Positions 8,430 to 20,639 of a stretch of 64,000 nucleotides of DNA are shown in pieces. Location of the stretch: contig CM059431.1 of the NCBI GenBank assembly GCA_030390025.1, positions 117,554,001 to 117,618,000 on the forward strand, written 5' to 3'. The stretch is from Squalus acanthias (Eukaryota). The notes under the pieces were generated by a model that was not told the DNA's origin, did not search any database, and saw only the letters and a program-made list of their open reading frames with translations. The position numbers were made by a program, and so were the translations under genes. Position 1 is the stretch's first letter, and each line of letters opens with the position of its first letter.

Positions 8430-8785
8430 TTTTCTTTTCATTTGTTCTCGGGATGCGAGTGATGCTGGCAATGCCACATTGATTGTTCATCCCGAGTTGC
8501 TCTGAGAAGGTGGTGGTGGGCCTTCTCTTTGAACTGTAAAAATCCTGGTGGTGATGGTACCCCCACAACACTGTTAGGTAGGAAATTCCAGTATATTGAC
8601 CTAATGACGATGAATGAACGATGATATATATCTGAGTCAGGATGGTGTGCGCTTTAAAGGCGAACTTGGAGGCGATAATGTTCCCACGACCGCGCTGCTT
8701 TTGTCCTCCTGAGTGGTAGAGGTTGCAGGAGAAGGATTTGCTGTCGAAGTAACCTTGGTGAGTCATTACAGTTCATCCTGTAGAT
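8430..8785 (-). mobile_element. Degenerate LINE 3' fragment (same family as 9558-10567)
   Basis: Diverged similarity to 9560-9910 (GAGAAGGTGGTGGTG...GTACCCCCACA). Confidence 0.65.
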
Positions 8786-9557
8786 TCTTGATATCAGCAG
8801 AGATGAAACACTTAAAGGAGCATTTCCCGCAAGTAAATTTTAATATAATAAGTGTGCTTTGTAAGTATTAGATTTTTAAACAGCAGGAGTGCTTAAAACT
8901 AGGTCAAGATGTTGATGAATAGTGCTGAAGTTTTGAATGATAGGCACTTAGAGAATAACAACAGATGGGGATTGCCTGATAGCACCAATTTGTTTGGCAG
9001 AATGAGCTATTTGAACTAGATGACCATTTTTCTTGCTACAGGTTCTTATGTAGTTAGGTTAATTGTCTATTATTCCTTATTCTAGTGTTACTGTATCAAA
9101 AGGTATAAACTGTTCAAGCTCCCGAGAAGAAGTAAGAACATGATAATGTGGCCGGTGATAACTAAAGACAGCACCCTGTCATTATTTTTTTTTAAATGTC
9201 ATCTTCATCACTATAGTACAAAGAAAGTATATTGTACACGATCAAACAAAAGATGAAAGATGCCCTTCAAGAAAGCATGAGTAGAATAGCTGCTAAAAGT
9301 ACATATAACAATGGCTACAATACAATCAACAAGAATAGATAATAAAGATGAACTGAAGTGTAAAACATGCATTTTAGCAGAATCAACGCAACTTTGATAG
9401 AGACAAGGGAAAGATGCGGTAAGAAGAGTACAATGAAGGTAAAATTATACCTGACAGTGTTGGGCATTGACTATTGATTAATTGCTTGTTGAAAGTACTG
9501 GAACTGTATAACTATTTCTTGCTGTTAACAAAAGGCAAACTAATATATCAGTCATAT

Positions 9558-10567
9558 ATTTTTTTTATTCGTTTATGAGATGTGGGCATCGCTGGCAAAG
9601 CCAGCATTTATTGCCCATCCCTAATTGCCCTTGAGAAGGTGGTGGTGAGCCGCCTTCTTGAACCGCTGCAGTCCGTGTGGTGATGGTACTCCCACAGTGC
9701 TGTTAGGTAGGAAGTTCCAGGATTTTGACCCAGCGACGATGAAGGATCGGCGATATACTTCTAAGTCCGGATGGTGTGTGACTTGAATGGGAACTTGGAG
9801 GTGGTGGTGTTCACATGCGCCTGCTGCCTCCTTCTAAGTGGAAGAGGTCGCGGGTTTGGGAGGTGCTGCTGAAGAAGCCTTGACGAGTTGCTGCAGTGCA
9901 TCTTGTAGATGGTACACACTGCAGCCACAGTACGCCGGTGGTGGAGGGAGTGAATGTTTAAGGTGGTGGATGGGATGCCAATCAAGCGGGCTGCTTTGTC
10001 CTGGATGGTGTCGAGCTTCTTGAGTGTTGTTGGAGCTGCACTCATCTAGGCAAGTGGTGAGTATTCCATCACACTCCTTACTTGTGCCTTGTAGATGGTG
10101 GAAAGGCTTTGGGGAGTCAGGAGTTTAGACACTCGCTGCAGAATACCTAACCTCTGACCTGCTCTTGTTGCCACAGTATTTATGTGGCTGGTCCAGTTAA
10201 GTTTCTGGTCAATGGTGACCCCCAGGATGTTGATGGTGGGGGATTCGGCGATGGTAATGCCGTTGAATGTCAAGGGGAGGTGGTTCAATTCTCGCTTGTT
10301 GGAGATAGTCATTGCTTGGCACTTCTGTGGTGCGAATGTTACCTGCAACTTATCAGCCCGAGCCTGAGCGTCATCCAGGTCTTGTTGCATGCGGGCATGG
10401 ACTCCTTCATTATCTGAGGAGTTGTGAATGGTGCTGAACACTGTGCAGTCATCAGCGAACATCCCCATTTCTGACTTTATGTTGGAGGGAAGGTCATTGA
10501 TGAAGCAGTTGAAGATGGTTGGGCCTAGGACACTGCCCTGAGGAACTCTTGCAGCGATGTCCTGGGG
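9558..10567 (-). mobile_element. 5'-truncated CR1/L2-group LINE (RT C-terminus and 3' UTR)
   Basis: FADD motif, ILGVTIDQKLNW, YKAQVRSVMEY; in-frame stop at 10046; AATAAA and A-rich tail. Confidence 0.88.
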
Positions 10568-13118
10568 CTAAAGTTTCGTCTCACCAGTCCTGTGCCACCT
10601 ACAACATTTAAACTAATCAAAGCACAGCAGTCCATATCATAGCTTGGTATCTTAGCCAAGAGGAAACGAACCTCTGGATCCCTATCAGAAGCAAACATTT
10701 TAGCAATATAGATTTGCTGAAAGGAAACTTTAGAGACAGAATGCAAAAATGAACCAGAAAGGATTGTTTTACCAGTGCAGTGATGGAAGAGGTACTGGCC
10801 AGAAAAAACAATGATAATTAGCTCTGGTGCACCATCCAATCCACATGCAAAATTGAAAAACTGGGATGAGATCATCAGCTAGTCCCATGTTATGTACACC
10901 ATACATAACAGATGGCAGAAGGTCAGGACAAGATGCCTTGATATTGATGCCAAAACTAAGCAATATTTAGCTTTTAATTGATAGGCATCTAAGAGTAAAT
11001 GGATGATAGCACCGCAAGCTGTCCTGAGTAGGTCTTTTCACTATGCTGAAGTAAGATGTAAATGGCTTGCATGCACCAACAAGCATAAATTTCACTCATG
11101 AAAAGAAAGCAAAGAATTTGTTTAAATTGCCATTTCTATCTTTCTTCCCTCCATTGCATGTTTTCCTGATTAGGAAGAGGACAAGCTCATGTTTTTGCAA
11201 TAGTTAGTGAGGTTACAAAACGTAGGCTTAGCTATGGCCGAAGTTTTATTGTACCCATGATTGTAACATTGATGTAATACTTCCTATAGCCATCAGATTG
11301 TTGGCCCTTAGCAGGAAAATGCACTTAAAACTTAAATGGGCAGCAATCAAATTTTCCTGAAACTTCCATCAATTATGCTCCTCATATGAAAGAATGGTGG
11401 AAACTGCCATAGGATCGAGGATCAACACGAATATTGCCCAGCTGCTGCTGGGATTGGTGAATACTGCGAGGAAAGCAGAGCTCTGTCCTATGGTAAATGG
11501 GGGAATTCTATTTTTTATATGATTTTTAACTAGAGAGGGAGTGTTGTATTTTAAAAATTCAGCTAGCTGTATCTTGTCTATCTCGAGGAGTGTCCGATAT
11601 AAAAAAACTTAAAATGATTCACCTACATTTACTAAATAAAAGGCAATCTGAAAGTGCAGGCAGGTTGTTTGATATGTGAATTAGCCAAGTTGCAGAAGCT
11701 GAGTTCTATCTGTTAATCAAATTTTGAGACACTGGGCTCAGTTTTCCATCTATTTATTGTCAGTAGTTGGAAAGTGCGGCCCACTAGGTATTGTCCCACC
11801 AGACACAGGAATGGCTTCAAGTACTGGCAAGTGTCAACACATGAAAGTTTATAGGTAAGTGCTAAACTGCTGAGATAAATTCAAAAGTTACATTATTCAA
11901 ACAAGCCTTGGTAAGTAGTCCACTTGCTCATCTGAATGTAATGCAAACATCTCCTTCAATTGAGCCTTTTTGAACTTGGTTGATTGACAGTTCAGGGACC
12001 ATTTGCACTGGAATAATATTACATGTTTTTTTTATGATGCATTAGTTTAGTTCAGTGTTCAGTCGGTCATTTGGACTCTAGACTAAAATAGCAATCACAT
12101 TACTCATGTATGTTGCATTACAAAGTCCACAAAGGCTGTTTCCTCCAAAAAGCCTGCGGATTATTTGACTGTGTAATAAATACATTGTGAAGAAGATATG
12201 CTGATTCTATATTTATTACTTTTTAAGTATTTGTGCCATCAGTTACTTTCTAGCCTGCATTTTCTGATCGGTATTATTTTAATGCCATTAGCCCATTCAT
12301 TTTAAATGGGTTTGTGCTGACATTAAATGAATGCTGATTAGAAAACCAAGGTGCGCCTTATTGTATCTGCATCTTACTTGTAAATAAAACTGAGAAGTCG
12401 CACAACACCAGGTTATAGTCCAACAGATTTATTTAATTTTACAAGCTTTCGGAGCAGTTCGCTCCTTCGTAAATAAAACTATTAGTTCTAGACTGAATAT
12501 AATAGTCCTACTGTGTGGTATTTATTGTCATTTAGAATAGATAGATCATAGTGGCCCTCCCATAGTTTCCAGCATATTAAGTGGGAATTGATAGTTGCAT
12601 GTCACGCTCACCCACTTACAGCTTGTATAGAAAAAATGTAGGTTACAATTCAGAGGAGATAAGAGATTAAGGGAGGAATTTTAACATTGGAGAACAAGCA
12701 GGTTGAGGTGCGGCTGGGGGTTTAAAGTCGGCGAAAATGTGATCTCGTCCGGAAGCTGGCTCCAACGTGTCGACTTTCAGGTTTAACTCAGGCGCATTCG
12801 GTTGTGTGCACGTAATTCCCTCCGTAGAGGCAGGTTAGAGATTTGAAGATGTGAATCCATGAATTAGAGCGATATTTTAACCGGCGTTTCAATTTAACGA
12901 CGCATGTACGGGTTTCCTGGGCTTCCTGAAACTCGGCATTCAAACCAAGGTGAGAAGAGGACAGCAATTCATAAACTCATTCAGTCAGGCAAATACAGCA
13001 ATAAATACTCAGTGCTCATGGCTGCTTTCCTACCTTCCACTGGGAAAGGGTTTGTTCGGTGTACTTTTGGTGAGAGGGTAAATTCTGCACTTTGGAGGTG
13101 TTGAGACTCAAGATCAGG

Positions 13119-14720
13119 ATGGGTGGCACCATGGCTGCCTTAGGTTGGACCTCGGGCGAGGAGCAAGATGACCATCAGCAGCAGCAACAGCTTGCTGTGG
13201 AAAGACCTTTTTTTAAAAATTTGTTCATGGGATGTGGGCATCGCTGGCAAGGCCAGCATTTATTGCCCATCCCTAATTGCCCTTGAGAACGTGATGGTGA
13301 GCCGCCTTTATGAACCGCTGCAGTCCGTGTGGTGAAGGTACTCCCCACAGTTCTGTTAGGGAGGGAGTTCCAGGTGGTCAGCAGAGAGGGGAGCAGCAGC
13401 AGAGAGGGCAGCAGCAGAGAGGGCAGCGGCAGAGAGAGGTTGAGGTCGCAGGAAGTGCTACTCGCGTAACAGGGTGTATAGGCAGAGGCTCAGTTTCCTT
13501 GACCTCTTGGAAGAGCAGTGATTCGGGAGGCTGAGGTTGTCATTGCAGATGGCGGCAGACATCTGCAGCCTCCTGGAAGAAGACCTGCTCCCTGCTGGAC
13601 CTGGTGGCCACGTATTACCAGTGGCTGTGAAAGTGACCACCGCCCTGAAGATTTTTGCCACTGGATCCTTCCAGGGCGCTACCGGAAACATATCTAGGAG
13701 CTTCCAGTCAGCGGCCCACAAATGCATAAGGCAGGTCACTGATGGGTTGTTTGCTAGGGCCAGCAATTATGTTAACTTTGCCTGTTATGATGGCAGTCAG
13801 AAGGAGCAGGCGCTTGGGTTTGAGTCTCTGGCTGGCTTCCCACAGGTACAGGGTGTCATTGCCTGCACATACATGGCAATCCACCCACCACCAGATCAAC
13901 CAGGAGTATTCGTGAACCGCAAGGGCTTCCAGTCCATCATTGTGCAGCTGGTGTGCAACCACATGAAAAGGTTTATGCAGGTGTGCACCAGCTTCCCAGG
14001 GAGCTGCCATGATGTTTTCATCCTGTGGGAGTCCAAGCGCCCTGACGTCTTTGGACCTGAAAGCACACTTAAGGGGTGGCTGCTAGGAGACAAGGGATAC
14101 CCACTTCAAATTTGGCTGATGACACCTGTGAGGAACCGTACCAATGAAGCCCAAGAGCAGTACAACGAAAGCCATATGACAACCAGATGTGACATTGAGC
14201 AAGCGATTCGCATACTCAAGATACACTTCAGGTGCCTGGACAGATCAGGCCGTGCCCTTCAGTGCTCACTAGCCAGAATGATCGTGGTGTGCTGCGCTCT
14301 GCACAACATTGTGCAGCAGCTAGGATTGGAGCTGCAGGAGGTACAAGGGACTAAGCACACTTGGGGCACAATCTTGCCAGCCCTGGGGAGGCGGGTTTAG
14401 AGGCGGGACTGTTGGGAAAATGGCAGAATCTGGGGGCGCTGACGTTCTCTGTAACCGGCTTCCCCTTAATTGGCCTGCTAAGCCAGCTGGGCAGGCTTAA
14501 CAAGGTCAATCAAGGGAAAATAGCGTGGGTTGGCCAGAAGTCAATGGAGGTGGGACTAAAACCCGACAAGTCCCGCCTCCAAAAGCTCCCCATTGGCAAA
14601 ATCCAGCCCATTGTCTGCGGCTGAATCCGAGGAGGAGGATGAGGAAGAGGGCGACCCCAGTGCAGCACCAGCCGCTCACAGGATGCTAGGGATTCCCTTA
14701 TAGCTTTAAGGTTCAGTTAG
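13119..14720 (+). pseudogene. Harbinger DDE transposase pseudogene
   Basis: [32 protein letters not shown] motifs; interrupted by a LINE tail (about 13205-13372) and a MITE. Confidence 0.9.
14364..14609. mobile_element. Short Harbinger-type MITE (internally deleted relative of 35408-36208)
   Basis: Both halves match the two ends of 35408-36208; ends AAAATCCAGCCC. Confidence 0.8.
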
Positions 14721-14948
14721 TTACCACCACTGGACCGACGTAACAATCATATCCAAAGGCTACTCTCATCCCTACGCCCCCCCACCCCCCCATTCCAATG
14801 ACACAAAGCAGTACTGCAACCAACCACCCATTGCACATCCCCCGCATTGGTCCCATCAATTCATTTCTTCCCATTCATCAACATACAACTGAAAAGATGA
14901 GTTGCCTCTCAGCACCAAGAATGGGCAACACGGGAAAGTGGTGCAAAG

Positions 14949-15097
14949 CCACATACCCTCTAAACAGTCTGCCAGTCCTGCGCAGCCCAGGTCTGGCTTT
15001 TACAATGTGAAATTTTGCATTTGTGCAAAACTTTGAATGGGCCGTGCAGCCCGTTAAAGGGACCACGCACCCAAATTTAAAATTAGGGGGAACATTG
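14949..15097. mobile_element. hAT-like MITE, degenerate
   Basis: Ends GGGAACATTG; similar to 46498-46668; imperfect 8-bp TSD GTGCAAAG/ATGCAAAA. Confidence 0.55.
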
Positions 15098-16087
15098 ATG
15101 CAAAATAATAAATTTTATGGGATTATACTAAACAGCCGAAACTTAACAACTTAACATTTTCTCATACACCCATGTCCATAACCTTGTGCAACCACAAAGT
15201 TTTACTCTTACTTTTTCCTACCGCTCCTACGTGGTGCAACCCCTGTGACTTGGACAGAGGTAGAGGTACGCTGGTCAGATCCCTGCTCTGACTGTTGAGA
15301 TGCTCTTGGTTGAAGACCTTTGTGTGTGGGAGCCCGTGAGGGCCCCGCCAAAGACTGCTCCACCTGCACCTGTGCAGGGGCAGACTTGGCCATCGGGAGA
15401 GGAAACAGCATGTTGGGTATTGACTGAGGGGTGGGCAATGGGTAAGAGGTGGGAGCGCTTTGAGTGGAGTTCCTATTTCCATGTCCCCTTCTGCCAACGT
15501 CCCTCTCATTGGCTAGCCACACTTCACTCCTACCACTCTGGTACAATGATCCTGCTGCTGACCTCCTCGGCCACCTCCAGCCACGCCTTCTTTGTTGCAG
15601 CAGCAGGTTTCTTCCTCTCGTTGCTGGGGAAGAGTATCTCTCTCCCACTCCTCCCTGCAGTGAAGCACTTGCGCATCCTGACTTCACCCTCTCTTGGTTC
15701 AAACTCCTAACTCCTCCAAATTCCAGCTTTGGATTGGCCCTTTAAATACTCCAGTCGAGATTGCGTCATGAGGGTCCGCACCACGTTCGCTGCTGCGCAT
15801 TCAAAGACAAAGCTGAAAGTCGATTCTAATTAGAAGGCTGCGTTAAAATGCCACAGACCGACGCACTGAAAGTCCTTCCAGTTTTTCAACCCGATATCGC
15901 ACTCGCCCCCCGCCCCCCGGCTCCGAACGCTCCTCGGAGTTATTATCGGACCCTAAGGCTCTAAATTTGTATGGGATTCTTCTGATCTTCTGACTTCAGC
16001 ACGAGGATGGTGGAACCCCCAGAGACATGGTATAAATAAAGATTTTTAATTGTTTACACAATTTCCCCAGCGTTCTGCTGATCTCTT

Positions 16088-16896
16088 ACATAAGAACATA
16101 AGAACATAAGAAATAGGAGCAGGAGTAGGCCAATCGGCCCCTCGAGCCTGCTCCGCCATTCAATAAGATCATGGCTGATCTGATCCTAACCGCCAATCTA
16201 CTATCTATCACAGAACCATCTCCTGCATCTAACAGAATTGCACACACGAAATAGGAGCAGAATCAGGCTACACAGTCCCTGGGCCCGCTCCACTACCCAC
16301 AGGGCCATGACCGATCCGAACCTAGACTCATGTCCAAATTCCTGCCCGCTCCCCGTAACCCTTAATGCCCTTTACTTCTAGGAAACTGTCTATTTCTGTT
16401 TTAAATTTAATTAATGTTGTAGCTTCTACAGCTTTTTGTGGCAGCATATTCCATGGACCTACCACCCTCTGAGTGAAGTAGTTCCTCCTCATCTCAGTTT
16501 TGAAAGAGCAGCCCCTTATTCTAAGACTATGTCCCCTAGTTCTCGTCTCACCCGTCATCGGGAACATCCTCCCCGCATCCACCCGATCCAACCCCTTCAC
16601 AATCTTATATGTTTCAATAAGATCGCCTCTCATTCTTCTGAACTCCAATGAGTAGAGTCCCAATCTACCCAACCTCTCCTCATATGACCACCCCCTCATC
16701 CCCGGGATTAACCGAGTGAACCTTTTTTGCACTGCCTCGAGAGCAAGGATGTCTTTCCTTAAGTAAGGACACCAAAACTGTATGCAGTATTCCAGGTGCG
16801 GTCTCACCAATACCTTGTACAACTGAAGCAATACCTCCCTATTTTTATATTCTATCCCCCTAGCAATGAAAGCCAACATTCCATTTGCCTTCTTGA
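16088..16896 (-). mobile_element. 5'-truncated CR1 LINE
   Basis: LVRPHLEYC, RRMRGDLIETYKI, TRGHSL motifs; (ACATAAGA)n tail. Confidence 0.92.
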
Positions 16897-18689
16897 CAGA
16901 GAACTCCTGTGGAAATTCCAGACACAAAATTCTCTGAGTTTAGCACAGTTCAGATGGGAATGGCATTTGGTGGGTTTTAGATGGACTTATATGGGAGTAT
17001 GCCATTTGTACCCAATTTTCTGAGGTTCGGTGATTTGCATAGCTTCAGGAACAGATTTGGGTGGGCGCAGGGAGCACACTAGTGATGGGATTGGTAAAAT
17101 GAAATCCAAGTGAAATTTAAAGTGAAGAGGACAATTAAAATGGAGCATCAAAATAGGGGGGCAAAATTCTGAAGGCCTTTGAAAAGGCTCCGAAAGCATC
17201 TTAATCCATTAGTCGTTTTTGCCCAGGTTCAAGAGGGAGGGGACAACGAAACAATAGATAGGCATGAAGGGAAAGGAAACCCGAGCTGCTGGTGTTAGTC
17301 TGGAGACAAGTGACAGAGCGCCTCAGCCACCAAACCCTTGATTATTGGCCTATGAAGTGGATATGATGCTGCAGGAGTTGATGGTGAGCACGGGTGACCT
17401 CTGTAACACTCCACGGCACCATCCCCATAGGTTAGAATTTCAGCTTGCAAGGAGGTGGAACATTATTTCAGGTTGAAGCTGACTATTGCTGTCACTGGAT
17501 ATGGCAGTTTTCTGCTGCTTCTGGTGTCCATTCATGGCATTACATCTAGCTCTCTGTTGACCCAGATCCTGTAAGGACAGTTATCATGGTTATTTTCAGT
17601 TAATCAGGGCCTGAAGAAATAGTTAGTGGCTTCTTGGTGGGCGCAGCCAATCGTTGCAATGGAATCAGCTGTGGCAGTAGCTGATTTAAAGGACAGAGGT
17701 AAGTATGTTGAATTTACAATATTTCAATCATTGTTTGACCAATTTTTGCTGATTTTTTTCTCAACGGCTTGTGGTATCAATTGTTCAATTTGTTTCCTTT
17801 CTTTCCCAACACCATTACTCACACCAATGGACTTCTCACTTGGAATCCCTCAATCTGAGATGTTTGTAAGATGAAGAGGACTGATGTAGGAATACAAGGC
17901 AGATCAGGCTGTAGACATAGGCGGACACACCTTGCTTTGGCACACAATTAGTCCATGAATAGGTTCCTCCTCCCCAAGGAAAGTGCAGCAGCACACTCCC
18001 GATTGTATCACTAGGATGTATGAATGGCTGACCAAATGCCCAGGAATGCCCAACTTGAAGAAGTTCTGCTTTTCTCTCCGATGGGATTTTCATATCTTTC
18101 CTTTATCCTTTACACGTTCATTGCTATCGGTTTCCCTCTTGTTCTGTTCCTGCCGCCTGCCCCCCACCCCCACCCCCCTCCCACAATTTCCCTTTTCCCT
18201 GGCTATCGAATGTTAGAATGACTGAAGTTTACAGGAGAGAAAGAAGGCAAAGTAATATCAGACTCAGGAGACAACTTGCGATAGAGGTAAATTCATTGGA
18301 GCTGAATATTATTTGGATGCATCTGTGTCTTATTGAAATTTTTCCTACAAAGGTTCAGTCACAGTTTGCAAGCAGTCTGAAATCATTCTAGTTCTTATCA
18401 CAAGTTTCTTTATAACAGTACCAGGCAAAGAAGTTGCCTTCCAAAATGAAAAATACTTAGTAACAGTTATATAATAATTGAATAATATTAAAATTGAGTT
18501 TGCGTCGAATGATGTAATAATCCATTCATCTGCTGTATGCCTCTAGTGTTTCTGGATATTTCAACATATGCCATTCCGTTCTTTCTTGGATTCGAAATTG
18601 AAAAATAGTCAAGTGCTCTTCATGTCACATTCTCTGCTGGCAATGCCTTTAGCCCATCCATGAAAATCTCTAAACATATCCTAGCACTT

Positions 18690-18835
18690 CACTTTGGTCT
18701 TTGGTATGCTGATCGTGCAACCTGGTAGGACTGAGATTCTGCATCCAGAACATAAATTAATTGTTCAAGCTCTTTAGTACCATCTGCTGTCACTGCCATA
18801 TTATCTGAGTACATTAGTGTGTTTACTTGGTTGTC
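18690..18835 (-). mobile_element. Ancient RT fragment (RTE-like LINE)
   Basis: Hand translation VNTLMYSDNMAVTADGTKELEQLIYVLDAESQSY...ISIPKTKV resembles LxYADD...ELQ...KTKV. Confidence 0.55.
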
Positions 18836-19026
18836 TACAACATTTGCCCCACTTCTGGTTAGATAACCATTGATTCATCACATAATGTGGATTCCTAGGG
18901 AGACCTGTTCCTGTTCCAGTGCTCTTTCTGGTAATAAAGATTAGTACAGATTAATTTCCAAAACAGACAATGATGTTGAAGAGGACAGAATTGGATGGTG
19001 ACTACTGTCAGAGGACAGACACATGG

Positions 19027-19490
19027 AAAGAAAGAAAGACTTGCATTTATACAGCACCCTTCACGACCACCGGACGTCTCAAAACGCTTTACAGCCAATG
19101 AAGTACTTTTGAAGTATAGTCACTGTTGTAATGTGGGAAACGCGGCAATTTGCACACAGCAAGCTCCCATGAACAGCAATGTGATAATGACCAGCTAATC
19201 TTTTTTTGTTATGTTGGTTGAGGGATAAATATTGGCCAGGACACCGGGGAGAACTCCTCTGCTCTTCTTCGAAATAGTGCCATGGGACCTTTTATGTCCA
19301 CGTGAGAGAGCAGACGGGGCCTCGGTTTACCGTCTCATCCGAAAGGACAGCACCTCCAACAGTGCACTCCCTCAGCACTGCACTGGAGTGTCAGCCTAGC
19401 TTTATGTGCTCAAGTCCCTGGAGTGGGACTTGATCCCACAACCTTCTGACTCAGAGGCGAGTGTGCTACCCACTGAGCCACAGCTGACAC
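19027..19490 (-). mobile_element. tRNA-derived DeuSINE (SacSINE1-like)
   Basis: A box TGGCTCAGTGG and B-box-like GGATCAAGTCC; Deu-like core; L2-like tail ending (CTTT)n. Decayed copies near 29950-30190 and 53660-53975. Confidence 0.8.
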
Positions 19491-20639
19491 TCACACTGGA
19501 TGCAATAACATATTAAGCAAAATGCATAATTAGAATAAATATTTTTACTATTCATTACCAATGCATTCTGTGTTATGTAAATACTTGCGAGTTAAATGCA
19601 GAAATCTATTGCTGCACTGGAGATACACATTATCATATTTTAATGGGAATTAGGGCAAGCACAGACCTAACCAGTGTGTAGCATACCACACATGATAATA
19701 ATGCTATTTCCTAATTTAATATTCACTGAGCATGAAAATATTACATTAATTGAGGCACAGTTATTTTAAATAACACATGAAGTACTACAAGTGCATATTT
19801 TTGTAAAACAAGCAAATTACTGCAACCATAACTGACTTTCTATTTGACTTCCTTTTTCCTGCAGTGTTCTGAGCGTCCCGCTTCCTCTCCATTACTGCCT
19901 CCATGCTGGCACGCAGTTTGATGGTCATCAGTCACTCGCTAGTTCCGCACCTAAATCGCCATTCCAAATGTGTTAATCTTGACAATGAATGTTTCGCAGG
20001 CAATTCAACCACAGGGAGCATCACACCTGAAGCCAAATCTATCTTTACTCAATGTCTACACATGAGCACTTCCAAGGAAGGGGTCACTCAGTAGTGATTA
20101 GGAGGAATGCTGGCAGATTTTCCCTTTCATACCCCAGGGTTGCTGAGGCCAATAATAATGTCCCTCCTACTACTCTGCTTGTATTCAGCTAACTGAGCAC
20201 ACAATGAACATCAAACTTATGGCCTTTTACATCAGTGAAGCTTAGAAACTCACTTCCTTAACTAGTCTAGTGGAGCATTGGGGAGATAAACCAATTTTTT
20301 TCAAAGTTAATTTAGATTTATCTCAAAGGTGGCTGGAAAATAGTTTGACTTGGCTTCTGTGGGAAGGGGTGCAATTTATTCAATCAGAGCCTACAAGTTA
20401 ATTACTTTTTATAAAGGTGCACGGATGAAACTAATTATGTTACTGTCATCAAGCCCACTTAAATGAATAACTGTTAAATGAATAAAACGTTTAAATGAAT
20501 TGCAAACGTCTAGATGTATTGATTTAAGTGTTGTACTGCCTTACCAAAGGCAAGGTGTTAAGCCCTTTTTGTCAATCAATACATTCAATCCTTTTTACAA
20601 GCATTTTCTTTCCTTCTTTTCTCTTTACTGCTCCTAGAC

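Larger units (their letters stand above)
12671..15953 (+). mobile_element. Harbinger transposon, degenerate, with nested insertions
   Basis: TAA on both sides; imperfect TIRs GGGAGGAATTTTAAC / GTTATTATCGGACCC; HARBI1-like transposase on plus; Myb/SANT-like remnant on minus (about 15700-15200). Confidence 0.85.

Noticed and set aside
10760..10940. Myb-like remnant (VMEEVLARK...KNWDEII)
   Set aside because: Too decayed to delimit; probably an old Harbinger fragment.
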